From a virus (lineage: Duplodnaviria; Caudoviricetes), in IMG/VR virus record IMGVR_UViG_3300028591_000084: 64,000 bases of DNA; one strand, written 5' to 3'. The translations under genes and the position numbers were made by a program. The notes beneath the pieces are model-generated. The model searched no databases. It had not been told where the DNA came from and worked only from the letters and a program-made list of their open reading frames with translations. Of this stretch, positions 1 through 9,182 are shown piece by piece (the stretch's first letter is position 1; every line of letters begins with the position of its first letter).

Positions 1-21
1 TAAGAGGTAAAAAAAGATTTC

Positions 22-76
22 GGTTGGGAACTAAAATATAAGCTTAAACCTATATTCACCTTTTTAGTTCCCAACC
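22..76. repeat. 15-bp perfect inverted repeat (GGTTGGGAACTAAAA) with 25-nt spacer
   Basis: 22-36 is the reverse complement of 62-76. Confidence 0.8.
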
Positions 77-216
77 TAATTTCTTAAACTCAAGTCCTTT
101 TTTAATCTGACTTGAAACGACCTGACTTTCCCGGGAGACTTATAGTAAGTCTTGTGGAAAATCTAAGCTGAAATTCCTCGGTTATAAGGCATTGATCCTC
201 CCTGATTGGTAAAATC

Positions 217-735
217 TTAGCCTTCAATAATATCGTACCAGGGATAATTATCATCTGGATCAATGAAAAAGACGCTATACAATCTCTTATTTAGAATGTC
301 AGGATCATCGTCTTCTACTTCGAAATCATCTCTTACCTGATCCAAGTCATCAATTGCTTTTTTATCTTCATAGACCTTTCTTAGCGTAGTCCAGATATCC
401 AATCCCTTGTCACCTATTTTCTTAATGACCGAATTGACACAGAATAAGTCGCCCTCTAGAATAATATCCTCCTCATCGCTTAAAAGATCTATATCTTCAT
501 CAACGATCCACTCTCCTGAAACAGGATCAACCTTAAATACGCCGAGAATAACAGCATTAATCTCGCGCAATCCTGAAATCTCGAACAAACTAATAGCTAA
601 TTTTCCAAGATCGTCGCTTTCCAGATAATTGATTCTTAGATCTACAAATTCTTTTAATCTCTTTAAGACGTTAACATCTGTAATTTTCTTCAGCTCTTCA
701 ACAATCGGTGATACCGTCATTTTTCTTTTCTTCAT
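217..735 (-). CDS. hypothetical acidic protein
   Basis: 172-aa ORF abutting the upstream gene. Confidence 0.7.
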   Translation of the reverse strand: MKKRKMTVSPIVEELKKITDVNVLKRLKEFVDLRINYLESDDLGKLAISLFEISGLREINAVILGVFKVDPVSGEWIVDEDIDLLSDEEDIILEGDLFCVNSVIKKIGDKGLDIWTTLRKVYEDKKAIDDLDQVRDDFEVEDDDPDILNKRLYSVFFIDPDDNYPWYDIIEG

Positions 736-1289
736 TAGTATATTTTATCACTTAGAATAATATAAATATCCATTCTATCTTTATCAGACAATTTCTCATT
801 GAACCAATCCAGCTCTTCTCCGTTGTGTCTGATAATATAATATTCATCACCCTTTCTACCAAAACCTTTGCCCCATTTACCTAGATCAACATCTTTATAG
901 GATCCTGGCTTAAAATATTTGGGTAATTCTTTCATTACGTCTTTAACTAAACCAGTCATAGCTTTGTTATAAGACTCTACTATGTTTTTTAAGGTTTTGC
1001 CAGACTGCTTGCTTTCATACTCATCAACAAACATTAAGATCTTTTGAATATCGCTAATTAAAGCTTCTTCGCCAGTCCAAGGATAAGTATGGCCTTTAAG
1101 AACAGTTACGATTTCCCCTGTACCCGCTATTCTACCTATTAGATCACAGACTCCCTCAATAGTATAGGGGAAGAACTGTCCTGGCGCTATAGTCTTGCAA
1201 ATTATTCTATCAACCGTCACCAATAAGTTCTTAATTCCAATATCCTTATTCTCCTGGATATGTCTGTATTTTATACTAAAGTCCCTCAT
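735..1289 (-). CDS. hypothetical protein
   Basis: ORF 735..1358; the start MRDFSIK at 1289 reduces overlap with the upstream gene. Confidence 0.65.
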   Translation of the reverse strand: MRDFSIKYRHIQENKDIGIKNLLVTVDRIICKTIAPGQFFPYTIEGVCDLIGRIAGTGEIVTVLKGHTYPWTGEEALISDIQKILMFVDEYESKQSGKTLKNIVESYNKAMTGLVKDVMKELPKYFKPGSYKDVDLGKWGKGFGRKGDEYYIIRHNGEELDWFNEKLSDKDRMDIYIILSDKIY

Positions 1290-1743
1290 AAACTCTAATA
1301 ACGTTATTTTTAAAGTCAAATAAAACTGAACCAAAATTACAAAGAATATCAGAACCAATCATAGTACTATCTCCGATAAAGATTCTTGTTTTATCTATAA
1401 CACATCCTGCAAAATTAAGGGATGGTGCATAGACGGAATCGATTAGATGGCCTTGAGTTTGTAGAAAGTCAAACTCTACCTTAGATACCATTAACCCGCC
1501 TAAAGAATCAAAGCTAATTCCGGATTTAATTGGAATTCCGCCAACTAATATTACGACCTTATGATCCTTTGATAGTCTGGTAGAAGTCGTTGATACTTTA
1601 GTTGGGATAGTCTCTTTCTTCTCAGTTGGAATAGGTAATGGCTTATTGAATAAACCTTTATTGTCGCTATAAAAAACGAATCCTAATCCAATAATAATAA
1701 AACTAACTCCAAACGCAAATAAAAACTTACTAATTATATTCAT
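1276..1743 (-). CDS. membrane-anchored retropepsin-like (aspartic protease fold) protein, catalytic motif degenerate
   Basis: N-terminal TM segment; FDSLG in place of DTG/DSG; C-terminal MIGSDIL..F..VLFDFKNNVI resembles the retropepsin G.D.L...iD motif; promoter motif directly upstream of the ATG at 1743. Confidence 0.45.
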   Translation of the reverse strand: MNIISKFLFAFGVSFIIIGLGFVFYSDNKGLFNKPLPIPTEKKETIPTKVSTTSTRLSKDHKVVILVGGIPIKSGISFDSLGGLMVSKVEFDFLQTQGHLIDSVYAPSLNFAGCVIDKTRIFIGDSTMIGSDILCNFGSVLFDFKNNVIRVYEGL

Positions 1744-1825
1744 ATTCTCAACTATAAGGAAAAGAAAGGGGAAAGTAATCCTCTCAGACAACTTCCCCTT
1801 ATAATAACTCGGCATGAGAATAGTT

Positions 1826-1893
1826 AAAAAGGATCGGCCTTCACAGGCAAATCCTCAAAGACTCCAAGGCTAACGCTATAGCCTTTACATACT
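1826..1893 (-). ncRNA. putative small structured RNA (two hairpins, the second terminator-like)
   Basis: follows a promoter motif at 1895-1917; hairpins AAGGCTA-tagcgt-TAGCCTT and AGGATTtGCC-tgtgaa-GGCcGATCCT plus U-tract; no ORF. Confidence 0.4.
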
Positions 1894-1977
1894 TCACAAT
1901 AGTAAGGAAATAAGGGGTTTGTTTTTATTAGAATAATATTTTAGCATTCTCACCCTCCTCTTTTCCTTATTCCTGAT

Positions 1978-2871
1978 ATGAAGAAAAATAAAGAAGAATT
2001 AATTAAAATTTTTGAAGAAACCCTAGAGGTTTGTAAGATTGGTGGTTATGAAGCTGAAAATGGTAATTTTATTTCAATTTCAAATTCATGGCCTGGAACT
2101 AGGTTTTGTGCTAGTGTACCTCACTCCTCTTCTTCTAAGTGGCTAAGGGTATATAAATTTAAGTCCCCCATTGTAGATCCTACGAGAAAGATTAAAATAA
2201 CAGTCCAGAATATAGACACTTTTAATAAGGCTAAAGAATTCGGTCCTGATTGTGTTGTTTTAAATATGGCATCTTTCCGTTTTCCAGGTGGTGGTGTCAT
2301 CAATGGTGCTAGGGCTCAAGAGGAAGATTTGTTTAGGCGCTCAAATTTAGCTCAATCCTTATACTACTACTCCCCTATGAACAACATTTTTGACTATAAT
2401 GATTGGAAAAAGAAGACTTCGGGGGAGATTTTTCCTAGTGGTGAGTACCCGATTCCTATCTATGGTGGAATTTATACACCTCGTGTCACAGTTTTTAGAT
2501 CAACTGAATCATACTCTTTCTTAAACAATCCTTTTGAATGTGCTGTTATTAGTTTTCCCGCCATCAAAAATCCGGATATGAATAAGTATGGTATGATGTC
2601 AGAATTAGCGGCAACTATGATGAAAGGTAAAATTCGTGGTGTTTTAAGGTTGGCTAAATTCGGTGGTCATGAAAAGGTTGTTTTGGGTGCTTGGGGTTGT
2701 GGGGCTTATAAATGCCCAGCTACTCATGTTGCCCAGTTATTTAAAGAAGTAATAGAGGAGATAGAATTTGCAGGCGTCTTCAGTGAAATTTGTTTTGCCA
2801 TTATAGAAGATGCCAATAGTGTTAGAGTTAATGGTAGTAATATTAGAGCTTTTAAGGAGGTATTTTTATGA
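1978..2871 (+). CDS. microbial-type poly(ADP-ribose) glycohydrolase (TIGR02452/DUF2263-like macrodomain)
   Basis: VLNMAS..PGGG...GARAQEEDL.RRS and VLGAWGCGAY motifs. Confidence 0.9.
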   Translation: MKKNKEELIKIFEETLEVCKIGGYEAENGNFISISNSWPGTRFCASVPHSSSSKWLRVYKFKSPIVDPTRKIKITVQNIDTFNKAKEFGPDCVVLNMASFRFPGGGVINGARAQEEDLFRRSNLAQSLYYYSPMNNIFDYNDWKKKTSGEIFPSGEYPIPIYGGIYTPRVTVFRSTESYSFLNNPFECAVISFPAIKNPDMNKYGMMSELAATMMKGKIRGVLRLAKFGGHEKVVLGAWGCGAYKCPATHVAQLFKEVIEEIEFAGVFSEICFAIIEDANSVRVNGSNIRAFKEVFL

Positions 2872-3452
2872 TGGATAATCCGAGATATAAAGGAATTCTT
2901 ATTGATAGGAATAACGTGCCAATTCCTGGAACTGACTTTTTTGGTTGGAAGTCTAGATCCTTAGCAGTAACGGTTGTAATTTTAAGTAAAACTAGATCAG
3001 GATTGTATGAAGCCCTCGTTGAAAAGCGCGGCCCTGGTTGTCCTGATTACGTAGGATCCTGGTGTTGTCCTTGTGGTTATTTAGGCTGGGATGAAACACT
3101 CAAGGAAGCAGCAGTAAGGGAGGTGTATGAAGAAACTGGTCTAGAGCTCAAAGAAGAGGAGCTATCATTACTTGGAATTGATGATGATCCAGAAGCGAAT
3201 AGACAAAACGTTACAGTTAGGTTTTATTGTGAAATAGATGAGAGGAGAATTTTTCCAGTCATTAATCACGCCTTGTATAAGAAATCAGACAGGGGAGGTG
3301 AAGAAGATGAAGTTGACGAATTAACTCTTGTTCCATTATTTTACGTTAGAGTCAACGAGAATAGTTTTGCTTTTGGCCATAACAAAATTATTGAAGAGGC
3401 TTTTTTGAAGATAAAAAATGAAGAAACAATAAAAAAGAAGGTAGGGAATTAA
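2868..3452 (+). CDS. Nudix hydrolase (probably ADP-ribose pyrophosphatase-like)
   Basis: Nudix box GYLGWDETLKEAAVREVYEETGL; AFGH motif; ATGA overlap with PARG. Confidence 0.85.
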   Translation: MMDNPRYKGILIDRNNVPIPGTDFFGWKSRSLAVTVVILSKTRSGLYEALVEKRGPGCPDYVGSWCCPCGYLGWDETLKEAAVREVYEETGLELKEEELSLLGIDDDPEANRQNVTVRFYCEIDERRIFPVINHALYKKSDRGGEEDEVDELTLVPLFYVRVNENSFAFGHNKIIEEAFLKIKNEETIKKKVGN

Positions 3453-3473
3453 TCCTTACCTTTATTTTTTTTT
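3438..3473 (+). terminator. rho-independent terminator, identical copy at 14843
   Basis: AAGGTAGGGA-atta-ATCCTTACCTT hairpin followed by a T-tract. Confidence 0.8.
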
Positions 3474-3482
3474 ATTTAGAGT

Positions 3483-3515
3483 AAAAAAAGAGACTACTTA
3501 ATCTAGTAATCTCTT
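3483..3515 (-). terminator. rho-independent terminator of the minus-strand unit, just 3' of the orphan intron
   Basis: AGAGATTACT-agatta-AGTAGTCTCT plus T-tract on the minus strand. Confidence 0.75.
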
Positions 3516-3524
3516 GGCATGTTT

Positions 3525-3791
3525 CAGGTTATGTTATCTCGAAGGCTTTTTATCCCCCGAATCAGGCAGTTCTCATTTCCCGCCTGCTCAGCATACATAT
3601 TCATCCACTAGGGATGGCGGACACTCTTGGGTAGATTATATTCTTTATTCCTAAAGTTTCACTACCTATGCGTTACGATACTAGACCATATTACAAACCT
3701 AGTTATCTCGGTATTAGCAAATTTCACAGCCTCCACCGATATTGCCCGCTGGTTATCTTAAGTATTGCTACCTAAGACGGCAAACCAAATT
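3525..3791 (-). ncRNA. group I intron (267 nt, ORF-less) located in a 3'-UTR
   Basis: minus strand: P1 GGU|AA..UUGCC with U.G; P2 GUCUUAGGUA-GCAA-UACUUAAGAU; P3 GCGGGCA/UGUCCGC; P4 UCGGU/ACCGA; P7 GCAUA/UAUGC; P8 CAUCC/GGAUG; P9; terminal G at 3525; P10 AAAC/GUUU. Confidence 0.75.
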
Positions 3792-3796
3792 ACCTA

Positions 3797-4696
3797 CTAC
3801 TCATAAATATATTTCCCCTCCAGTAAGTTATATAGGTCAATATAATCAATCATACAATTATGAGCAGCATCCTTATCTCTACTACTAAGTCCCCATCTGC
3901 CAGAATGAGTCCCTATGTAAACCAAATCATCAAGGTTTTTCCAATCACTAATCGCCCCAGATACAGTTCTCTCCTTAGGAATTCCTTCTCGCATCTGTTT
4001 CATAACGACACAAGCTTGTCTTGGAATTCTGAGATATGTGGTTACTGAGTGTGCAATATACTCAAGTGCTGCCTCTGAACTTTCCCTATTTCCAAACGAA
4101 GGGATCAGCTCAGGTGCAGGCATAATCACATAAATTTTCTGTGGAGCAAAAGAAGCGAGCTTGTCCCAGACATCGAATCGTGGTTTCAGATCAAATACGG
4201 CTCTAGGCATTATGTCTGGCTTTCCATTACTTTCCCAAGATTCATAAAGACAATCAAGGACGTCACAAATAATAGCTCTTTTAACCTTTCTTTCTTCTTG
4301 TTCTGCTGGTGTTTCTTCTTTTTTCCAGGGTGCAGATTTTTCACTAGCAGGTTTCCAACCACTTGAAGATGATCCACTTCCCCAGCCACTGAATCCTCCA
4401 GCAGGACTCCAAGGTTTCCTATCCTCTGCTTTTTCCCAAGGAGCCTTACTTGATCCGGTCCCTGATCCGGTCCCTGATGATCCCCAGCTAAACGGGTTAG
4501 GAGTAGTTTCTGCCATTTCTTTTTTTACTAAATTTTCTTGTTGTTCCATGAGGTTGTAAAGCTTAACTTCCTCTTCATCAACCTCCTCGTCAATTAAATA
4601 ATCGTCATCATCATCGTCTTCCGTTGGATGCCCCGTATAATCAGGCGGAAGATATGATTTTCTTTCACAATCACTATTATCCATTTGTTGATTCAA
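3797..4696 (-). CDS. acidic/Gly-Ser low-complexity N-terminus fused to a degenerate HAD-IIIA (PNK 3'-phosphatase-like) domain
   Basis: IICDVLD (motif I-like); VYIGTHSGR...SSRD..AA.N resembles GDA.GR..S..D..FA.N. Confidence 0.55.
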   Translation of the reverse strand: MNQQMDNSDCERKSYLPPDYTGHPTEDDDDDDYLIDEEVDEEEVKLYNLMEQQENLVKKEMAETTPNPFSWGSSGTGSGTGSSKAPWEKAEDRKPWSPAGGFSGWGSGSSSSGWKPASEKSAPWKKEETPAEQEERKVKRAIICDVLDCLYESWESNGKPDIMPRAVFDLKPRFDVWDKLASFAPQKIYVIMPAPELIPSFGNRESSEAALEYIAHSVTTYLRIPRQACVVMKQMREGIPKERTVSGAISDWKNLDDLVYIGTHSGRWGLSSRDKDAAHNCMIDYIDLYNLLEGKYIYE

Positions 4697-5222
4697 CCGG
4701 AGCAGCTTGACCTTGTTCTACATTGTTATCTCTCTCGGCTGGTAACTTATACTCTCTATTCTTAAACAAATCATATAAGATACACATGTGATTAGATGTA
4801 TTACACTCAGTATGATCTTTGTTCCAGTTAGGGCAAGTATCCTGACAAATTGCATCAATAACCTCATTAATCTTCACGAACTTATTTTCGCTGATGAGGT
4901 TTTGAAAGCAATCGGATACGTCATAAAGATTAGCCTCCAGAGTTCCACTTGCTGGCACATAAGACAGTTCATCTTCATTCTCAGTCGTTGCGTCTTCATT
5001 TCTCCCGATCCCACAACAAAAATCCTGGAAGGAATATAATTTGTCATTCGGGTGTCTCGGATCAATAAGATGAGAACAAACCTTAACGCCATAAGGACAT
5101 GCGGTTGTACAAACAATCTGAGCCCCTCCTGGTGCCTTTGGAACTGGACGGAATTCTAATGCACGAGTTCCCTTTTCTGTTTCAATTCTAAATTTCTTAA
5201 CTTTTAATACTGATTCTGACAT
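4677..5222 (-). CDS. Cys-rich hypothetical protein
   Basis: two C-x3-CP clusters; promoter motif upstream. Confidence 0.7.
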   Translation of the reverse strand: MSESVLKVKKFRIETEKGTRALEFRPVPKAPGGAQIVCTTACPYGVKVCSHLIDPRHPNDKLYSFQDFCCGIGRNEDATTENEDELSYVPASGTLEANLYDVSDCFQNLISENKFVKINEVIDAICQDTCPNWNKDHTECNTSNHMCILYDLFKNREYKLPAERDNNVEQGQAAPVESTNG

Positions 5223-5274
5223 AATAATATTTTAATTAGTTTTAAAATAAATTCTCATATCAACTATAAGGATT

Positions 5275-6798
5275 TCACACCTTCACAGTAACTTTCTTAA
5301 TTCTCCAATTAACGAAAGTCTTATTCTCTTTTTTTACAGAAATATGTGATCCATCAATAAATACTTTCCTTCCTGTTTTTTCTGAGAATAAAGAATATGA
5401 CTTCCCAACATAGATCTTGAAAATCTCATAGCGTAATCTTCTCTTTAGGATCTTACAGATTTTTTCCCAATCATAAGGATTCCTATCAATCATATCTAAA
5501 AACTTACTATAAGATTCATGAGGTCTTCCATTCATAAGACCTAATCTAATGAGAATTGTAGAAATCTTTCTCTCAGACTCAGCTAAGAATCCACTAACCC
5601 TATAATAGATCATCTCAGTCTCATATTCATATTTTGGATCTTCATATCCTTCATAGGGTGGGTAGTAGAATGACCCGTAGATTCCATTTTCTCTCAAAAA
5701 TAGCTCCTTTTCACTCAGATCTTCCTTGCCATTTCTATATCTATCCTTAGAGGCCTTTACTCTTTTATAAAACAGTGCCTCCTTAGCAACAGTATATTTC
5801 CAGACAAGACGACTAAGAGCTTCTATACTAAGGGGTTTCATTTCCCTTTTACTTAGTACGGGCAACTTTCTAAGATCCAACAAATAAATCTTATCTGAAT
5901 CTTCCAGATTTATGAATTTTGCTTCAACACAATTCACTGATCTTAGTACTCTGGCTAATTCTTCTGGAATTTTGACTAAGATGAATGCTGTGTTTATACA
6001 AGCATCTTTAACAATATTGAGATTTCTAACTACAGTTAAATTCTCAACCTTATCAATTCCAAATTTATTTTCAGGTAAGGATACTGTAATAGGCTGTTTA
6101 AACTCTAGGGATAAATTAGCTCTATTTTGATTACCAACTACGCCGAGGATCTTTACAAAATTCTCCTTAATTTTCTCCATACAAGCCCTTCTTTTTTCAC
6201 GAGGGCCAATAAGAGTTCCTTTCATTAGTTCATAATCAGCTATGAACGAGGATCCGGTTCTCTCCAAATCCAATAGAAGTTTGGTCACTGAATACCTCTG
6301 ACCCTTCTTAAAGCATCTTCTTGGAAGTACATGATAATCAGTACAATTCTTATACCACTCTCTATTCCGAATAAGATGCTTGCAATTCTGTTTAACATTT
6401 CTTTGTATATCTGGAGAGAAAGCGTTATAGAATGACGAAATCAATAGACCATTCTTCACACTAAGAATCAGAGCCTCCAAGGGATCTTTGTAGTTGATAG
6501 GAATGGCATAAATAAATGCCAGGATCTTAGCAGTTGATTCAAAGTCATAGTTACCTGCCATAGGAGGATTAACAGTCTTATTTTTATACAGAATAAGAAT
6601 CTCATCTAATCCTCTCGAATCAATCTTATTAGTTCGTGCAGTTGATATAGACTGAATAATCCTATATCCACTTTTCAATCCAACCACGAACTGATATACC
6701 ATCTCCTTTTTATTTGGGAGAGTAAACGTATTAGCCCCATTTGTTGGGTAACTTTCAATTCTAAATCTCGATTCGCATATTTGTATAATCATAATCAA
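5275..6798 (-). CDS. hypothetical basic protein (507 aa)
   Basis: long ORF, no recognised motif. Confidence 0.75.
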   Translation of the reverse strand: MIMIIQICESRFRIESYPTNGANTFTLPNKKEMVYQFVVGLKSGYRIIQSISTARTNKIDSRGLDEILILYKNKTVNPPMAGNYDFESTAKILAFIYAIPINYKDPLEALILSVKNGLLISSFYNAFSPDIQRNVKQNCKHLIRNREWYKNCTDYHVLPRRCFKKGQRYSVTKLLLDLERTGSSFIADYELMKGTLIGPREKRRACMEKIKENFVKILGVVGNQNRANLSLEFKQPITVSLPENKFGIDKVENLTVVRNLNIVKDACINTAFILVKIPEELARVLRSVNCVEAKFINLEDSDKIYLLDLRKLPVLSKREMKPLSIEALSRLVWKYTVAKEALFYKRVKASKDRYRNGKEDLSEKELFLRENGIYGSFYYPPYEGYEDPKYEYETEMIYYRVSGFLAESERKISTILIRLGLMNGRPHESYSKFLDMIDRNPYDWEKICKILKRRLRYEIFKIYVGKSYSLFSEKTGRKVFIDGSHISVKKENKTFVNWRIKKVTVKV

Positions 6799-6855
6799 TA
6801 ATAAAGAATTGACCCGCTCCCCTAGAAACCTTAAATATAAAAAGTTATTATTTAT

Positions 6856-7971
6856 ATGGAACTATTTTATGGATTAGATGACATCACATTGATACCTTCG
6901 GCAACGAATAGTGGATATGTAGATGTAGATTTTTATGTTCAGGATACGAAGGACCAGACAGGAGCAAATCCAAACTCTCTTCCTATCTTTACATCACCTA
7001 TGGAGTCGATTGTTGATGAAAAAGCAGCTAAAAGTTTTGTTGATGCTGGAATAAAACCAATCTTGCCGGTTGGTATTTCTATTGAAACAAGACTTACTTA
7101 CTGTCAGTGGATATTTTCTGCTTTCACGGTTAATGAGATTCAAAGATATTTTATTAATCAGGATAGAAGAAACACTAACAGCCAGTTTCATCTTTGTATT
7201 GATCATGGGAACGGTCATGATTCTAACCTATTAACTCTCTGTTTAAATTTAAAAAAGAGATACGGGAATCAGGTTATTATTATGGCAGGAAATGTAGCTT
7301 GCCCCGAGATTTATACAGAATACTCAAGGGCAGGGATAGATTACATGAGAGTTGGCATTGCATCGGGATCCCTAGACGACATGAGTAGGTTTGGGTTTAA
7401 CTATCCAATGGCATCACTTCTAGATTCGTTCAAAAAATTCAAGAAAACGTCAGGAGTAGGCCTAACTAATCAAGTCAAGATTATTGCTGATGGTGGTATT
7501 AACTCTTATTCAAAAATCTTAAAAGCTATAGCACTTGGAGCGGACTATGTTATGATTGGTAAAGATTTTGCCAGAGTATTAGAAGCGGCTGGTGAAATTT
7601 ATCAGAAAAATAATACTAAAATCAGAGATGCTTCTAATCTTTTAGCCATAGATCCAGCCACAATCAAAGACTTTAATCGAGATAAGGCTAAGATTAATGG
7701 TTATAGTAGATTTTATAGAAATAACACAGACCTAGAAACAAGAGCTAGACAGGCAGGATATCCAAGTGTTGAAGCTTATTTGAAAGATGATAGACCTGGC
7801 AATAAAATAGATAATATTGTTAAAATCTGGGTTAATATTGATATGACCCTGGAAGAATGGGTCGATGATTTTAAGAAAGTAGCTTATCACGGATTCCTAA
7901 TGACAGGAAGTACTGGATGGAAAGAATTTAAAAAGAACGCAAGGTATGGTGTATCCATTTCCAACCTCTGA
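6856..7971 (+). CDS. IMP dehydrogenase/GMP reductase-fold protein lacking the catalytic Cys
   Basis: LDDITLIP, PIFTSPME, ID.GNGH, IMAGNV, RVGIASGS, IIADGGI, KAIALGADYVMIG. Confidence 0.8.
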   Translation: MELFYGLDDITLIPSATNSGYVDVDFYVQDTKDQTGANPNSLPIFTSPMESIVDEKAAKSFVDAGIKPILPVGISIETRLTYCQWIFSAFTVNEIQRYFINQDRRNTNSQFHLCIDHGNGHDSNLLTLCLNLKKRYGNQVIIMAGNVACPEIYTEYSRAGIDYMRVGIASGSLDDMSRFGFNYPMASLLDSFKKFKKTSGVGLTNQVKIIADGGINSYSKILKAIALGADYVMIGKDFARVLEAAGEIYQKNNTKIRDASNLLAIDPATIKDFNRDKAKINGYSRFYRNNTDLETRARQAGYPSVEAYLKDDRPGNKIDNIVKIWVNIDMTLEEWVDDFKKVAYHGFLMTGSTGWKEFKKNARYGVSISNL

Positions 7972-8335
7972 CGACTTTACGGATTATTGGTTACTAAAAG
8001 AACATCCCTCTTCTTGGGCTGGATTGATGATTAATGCACCAATAGGCCTCGAGATTCAAGAGATCAAAAGATTAATCTGGAGAGTTTGTTTTGAGGATCT
8101 TATACCACCAGTAATAGGAACAAATAAATATATTTCGTTAAAAGAATTTTCATTTTTATACGAATTATACAAAAATGATAATCTAAAATCTGGAATTATT
8201 AACCCTCCCCAAAAGGTAATAAAATCTGTTCCAATAACTATCTTTTATTGGGACGGATCAGAGGATATAAACATGTTTGATATCCATTTAGTAGAATATA
8301 CAAGATGGATCGCGGAACAAGAGGTATTAAGATGA
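7946..8335 (+). CDS. hypothetical protein
   Basis: overlapping-operon ORF. Confidence 0.65.
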   Translation: MVYPFPTSDDFTDYWLLKEHPSSWAGLMINAPIGLEIQEIKRLIWRVCFEDLIPPVIGTNKYISLKEFSFLYELYKNDNLKSGIINPPQKVIKSVPITIFYWDGSEDINMFDIHLVEYTRWIAEQEVLR

Positions 8336-8775
8336 AAGACTATAATTTTTATTTTAAAAAGTTTTATTTTAAAAGCAATACTGAGATCCTTTTAACAGAA
8401 TGTGCCTATCAAATTTATATATTAACAAAGGATAGTTCAATAACAAAAGAAAAGTTAGTAGAAGCATTTTTAAAAATGAAATATCTCTTTGTTAAAGGAG
8501 GTAAACATGCTTCTAGATCAATTCTTTTAAAGGAAATCAGCAACGATAAGCTATTACACTATAATTATGGTATAGAGGATGCAGTGTTCTTTGCGGGAAA
8601 TCACCTATTTAGAAGTATTGATGAGCAACATTTATCCCGTCTGTTGAGTATAGATAGGGGTATAATAATTAATAAGGGTATGATAATATCAAAAGCCGTC
8701 AAAATTTGGGAGAATGATAAAATTGATGTAATTGAATATCCAACTGGTAGGACAGCCCTTTTAATAATAAGATGA
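8332..8775 (+). CDS. hypothetical protein, tandem paralog 1 of 3
   Basis: KKFYF..IYILTK..ITKEKL..ASRS..AVKIWEN shared with the next two ORFs. Confidence 0.7.
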   Translation: MKDYNFYFKKFYFKSNTEILLTECAYQIYILTKDSSITKEKLVEAFLKMKYLFVKGGKHASRSILLKEISNDKLLHYNYGIEDAVFFAGNHLFRSIDEQHLSRLLSIDRGIIINKGMIISKAVKIWENDKIDVIEYPTGRTALLIIR

Positions 8776-9182
8776 TAAACTCTGATTTTATTATTAAAAA
8801 GATTTATTTCGAAAAATACCCAGGATTTTCCAAAATCCCCAACATATTTATCTTATCTAAAGAAGGTTTAATAACTAAAGAAAAGATAGTTAGTGCTATA
8901 GTAAATGAGAATCTTCTTATAACTAGTGATGGTAAATATGCCTCACGCTCTTTCTTAGAAGACACTATATTTAGTCTAGAAGCTATAATATTATTTGATT
9001 TATGTGTCTTCTCTGATTATGATGAGATGTGTTTAAACTATATTCTTAATCTAGGAAAATATAATGACATGAGTGTGAGTATAGAAGACGTTATTATAAA
9101 ATCTGTAGAGAAACTTTGGGAAGATAATAGCGTTAGAGCCGTTAAGGCAAAAAAGAACCAAATCCTATTAGTGATAAAATGA
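8772..9182 (+). CDS. hypothetical protein, tandem paralog 2 of 3
   Basis: KKIYF..IFILSKE.LITKEK..YASRS..VEKLWED. Confidence 0.7.
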   Translation: MINSDFIIKKIYFEKYPGFSKIPNIFILSKEGLITKEKIVSAIVNENLLITSDGKYASRSFLEDTIFSLEAIILFDLCVFSDYDEMCLNYILNLGKYNDMSVSIEDVIIKSVEKLWEDNSVRAVKAKKNQILLVIK

